A stretch of 64,000 bases of DNA from Diadema antillarum. Its lineage: Eukaryota. The stretch spans positions 2,046,001 through 2,110,000 of the forward strand of contig NW_027270913.1 in assembly GCF_040938485.1 (NCBI RefSeq), in the 5' to 3' direction. The notes beneath the pieces were generated by a model that had not been told where the DNA came from, made no database searches, and saw only the letters and a list, made by a program, of their open reading frames with translations. Positions 61,976 to 64,000 of this stretch are shown piece after piece (position 1 is the stretch's first letter; every line of letters starts with the position of its first letter). The translations under genes and the position numbers were made by a program.

Positions 61976-62329
61976 AGGGGATGGCTAGTAACTAATCAGT
62001 GGGAATCGGTGGGAATGCTGGGGAATGATTGTTCCAATCATTGTGGGATTCATTTTATAGTACATTATATATCTATTGTGTGAAACTTATTTGACTCAGA
62101 ATGGGTTCCTACTCAAGTAATGTGCAGTTTAATGTTTCCAGGTTAGCATGCCTCTACAATGACGGGGCATTAAACTGCACATTAATTGAATACAAGACCG
62201 TTTTAAACCAAATAATTTTCACACAACAATTGATATATAATGTACTCTTAAATGAATCCCACAAGAATTGGAACAATCATCCTCCAGCATTCCCACTGAT
62301 TCCCACTGCTCAGTTACTAGCCATCCACT
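61976..62329. mobile_element. Kolobok-like palindromic MITE (354 bp), TTAA TSD
   Basis: TTAA|AGGGGATGGCTAGTAACT ... AGTTACTAGCCATCCACT|TTAA with arms of about 170 bp. The empty site GGTTAAACCACAGG is at about 20824. Confidence 0.88.
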
Positions 62330-62384
62330 TTAAACCACAGGTTCCGACTTACTCTCTTTGGGCCATTACATGGCATGACATGAT

Positions 62385-62630
62385 ATGACATTACATTACA
62401 TTACAATACATGTCTCCTGTCTCATCACATTACATTATATCTCATTACATTACATTACATTACATTACATTACATTACATTACATTACATTACATTACAT
62501 TACATTACATTACATCTCATTACATTACATTACATTACTTTACATAATATCACATTAGATTACAACACATTGCGTTACATTACATCACATTACTTTACAT
62601 CATATTACACTAAATCACATCCTATTACGT
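62385..62630. repeat. (CATTA)n pentanucleotide array
   Basis: Long perfect core at about 62445-62515 with degenerate flanks; only 2-3 units at the homologous X1 site (about 20880). Confidence 0.92.
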
Positions 62631-64000
62631 TATGTTTTCCACATCATAACGACATACTAATATAGGCTAAACCTACGTCAGCATCAGTACAGCACAACAC
62701 ACATGTCACTTTTCTGCACGCCCTCTGCACTGCTGCTCATTCAGAGATGTCAGATTAAAAACGTACGTTTTATTTTATTCAATGTTGTAACATCACCTTG
62801 GTGCCATTTTCCTAGTAAATCTTTGCTTATTACGATGGTTCATTGTATCTATAATAATATCTTCTCGAATTTTTTTTTAGTGCTCGAGGTGTTTACGGCA
62901 CTTTGTTAAATGTTGTTTTTCTGTACTGTAAATGAAATGCAGAAATAAAAATGGATTAAACTGGACGGAAATGTTGCACGAGGTCTCGTAAAAAAACAAA
63001 CAAACCACCAAGCCAGTAGCAAGATAATTGATCCAATCTTTTCGAATGAGAACAGATGTGTTTCTTTTTATGCATGTCATAAAATCACTTAACTATATAG
63101 TCTGTAAAATCGACAGCCTTATTGATTTTAACAAATAGATAACAAAATTGATTACAAAAATTGAATATGTTAGCTTTTTTATAATACAATTTGCTTGTAT
63201 AAAATGATTTGTCATAATTATGATTATGTGAAATCATGTGCTTAAATTGAGCGCCGTATAGAGGGAAGGGGGCCTGTTTCGAATACACTCGAGCTGGCCT
63301 GTGATGAATACGTTATAGAATATGTTTTTGTTAAACTGAAGAATTGTTCCTTGTTATAGGTCTAATAACCAGGAATGCCATAGAAGCACATATCTATCAT
63401 GAAGACAGATCTGAAATTGGCCATGGAACATTACAAATTCTATAACCCGATAGATGTCAAAGTTCGGTAATGTTTGATGATTTACCTTTGCGTGATTCAC
63501 GATCTGAATCATATCATATTCAAAATCGCACATTTTTCGTATATAATTTTACTGTAATTGTGTTGTCTTATTTGGCCAACTAAATGCTACTTCTAACCTT
63601 AATAATCACACCTGGGACAAGATCGAGTAATGGAGAACCAATACCTAAGTATCTTTTCCTTCTATTGATTCGCATTTTCAATCATTCGCGAGTCTTTCTC
63701 CTCATTATCTTCAATCACTCTACACGATAAAAAGCTTGTGATCGTAGCTCCGTGTTGTAGGGACAGAGGAATCCATTTGAAGGTAAAATGTCTTGAATCA
63801 TTGGAAACGACATAAAAATTGGTGCGACATAAAATAAAACATTTTATAATTCACAAAATGGAGATATATCAAACATTCATAGTAGCATTATACATGGAAC
63901 AGGAAAAGAAACCACATTGTTTCGCATACATATAAAATATGTAAGACATAAATGACGCAAGAGTTACTCCAGACAGTGTTGTATCTGTTAATATTTCTAG

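Larger units (their letters stand above)
60890..64000. repeat. Shared non-coding block X, copy 4, running off the right edge
   Basis: The window end GTATCTGTTAATATTTCTAG matches X3 at 54091-54110. Confidence 0.88.

Noticed and set aside
62440-62520. Telomeric repeat or interstitial telomere
   Set aside because: The unit is CATTA/TAATG, not TTAGGG or TTAGG, and it derives from a local proto-repeat seen in sister copies.

Overview
AT-rich eukaryotic DNA from a gapped scaffold (two N gaps). It is probably from a marine invertebrate, possibly an echinoderm or related deuterostome; this is inferred from the transposon repertoire and composition, not proven. The window is a tandem array of minus-strand SLC35G1-like (EamA/DMT fold) transporter genes with single-exon CDSs. 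It holds five intact genes in three diverged clades (A1, A2, B1, C1, C2), one disrupted pseudogene (psi-B2), one junction relic, and a probable further member cut off at the left edge. The array appears to be built from a roughly 11-12 kb (up to about 19 kb with insertions) two-gene cassette, [non-coding block X + B-slot gene + A/C-slot gene], repeated at least four times. The copies carry different insertions: hAT-, Kolobok-, Harbinger- and Sola-like non-autonomous DNA transposons, a foldback-like element, tRNA-derived SINEs, and a CR1/L2-group LINE one base short of an intact ORF2. Sister copies therefore provide empty target sites. The most interesting signals are clade-specific loss and gain of charged transmembrane residues, candidate gene-conversion tracts, and asymmetric TTAA/TTAG junctions on Kolobok-like elements that hint at a piggyBac-like mechanism. 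No prokaryotic system, CRISPR array or true tRNA/rRNA gene is supported. All alignments were done by eye and no database searches were run.
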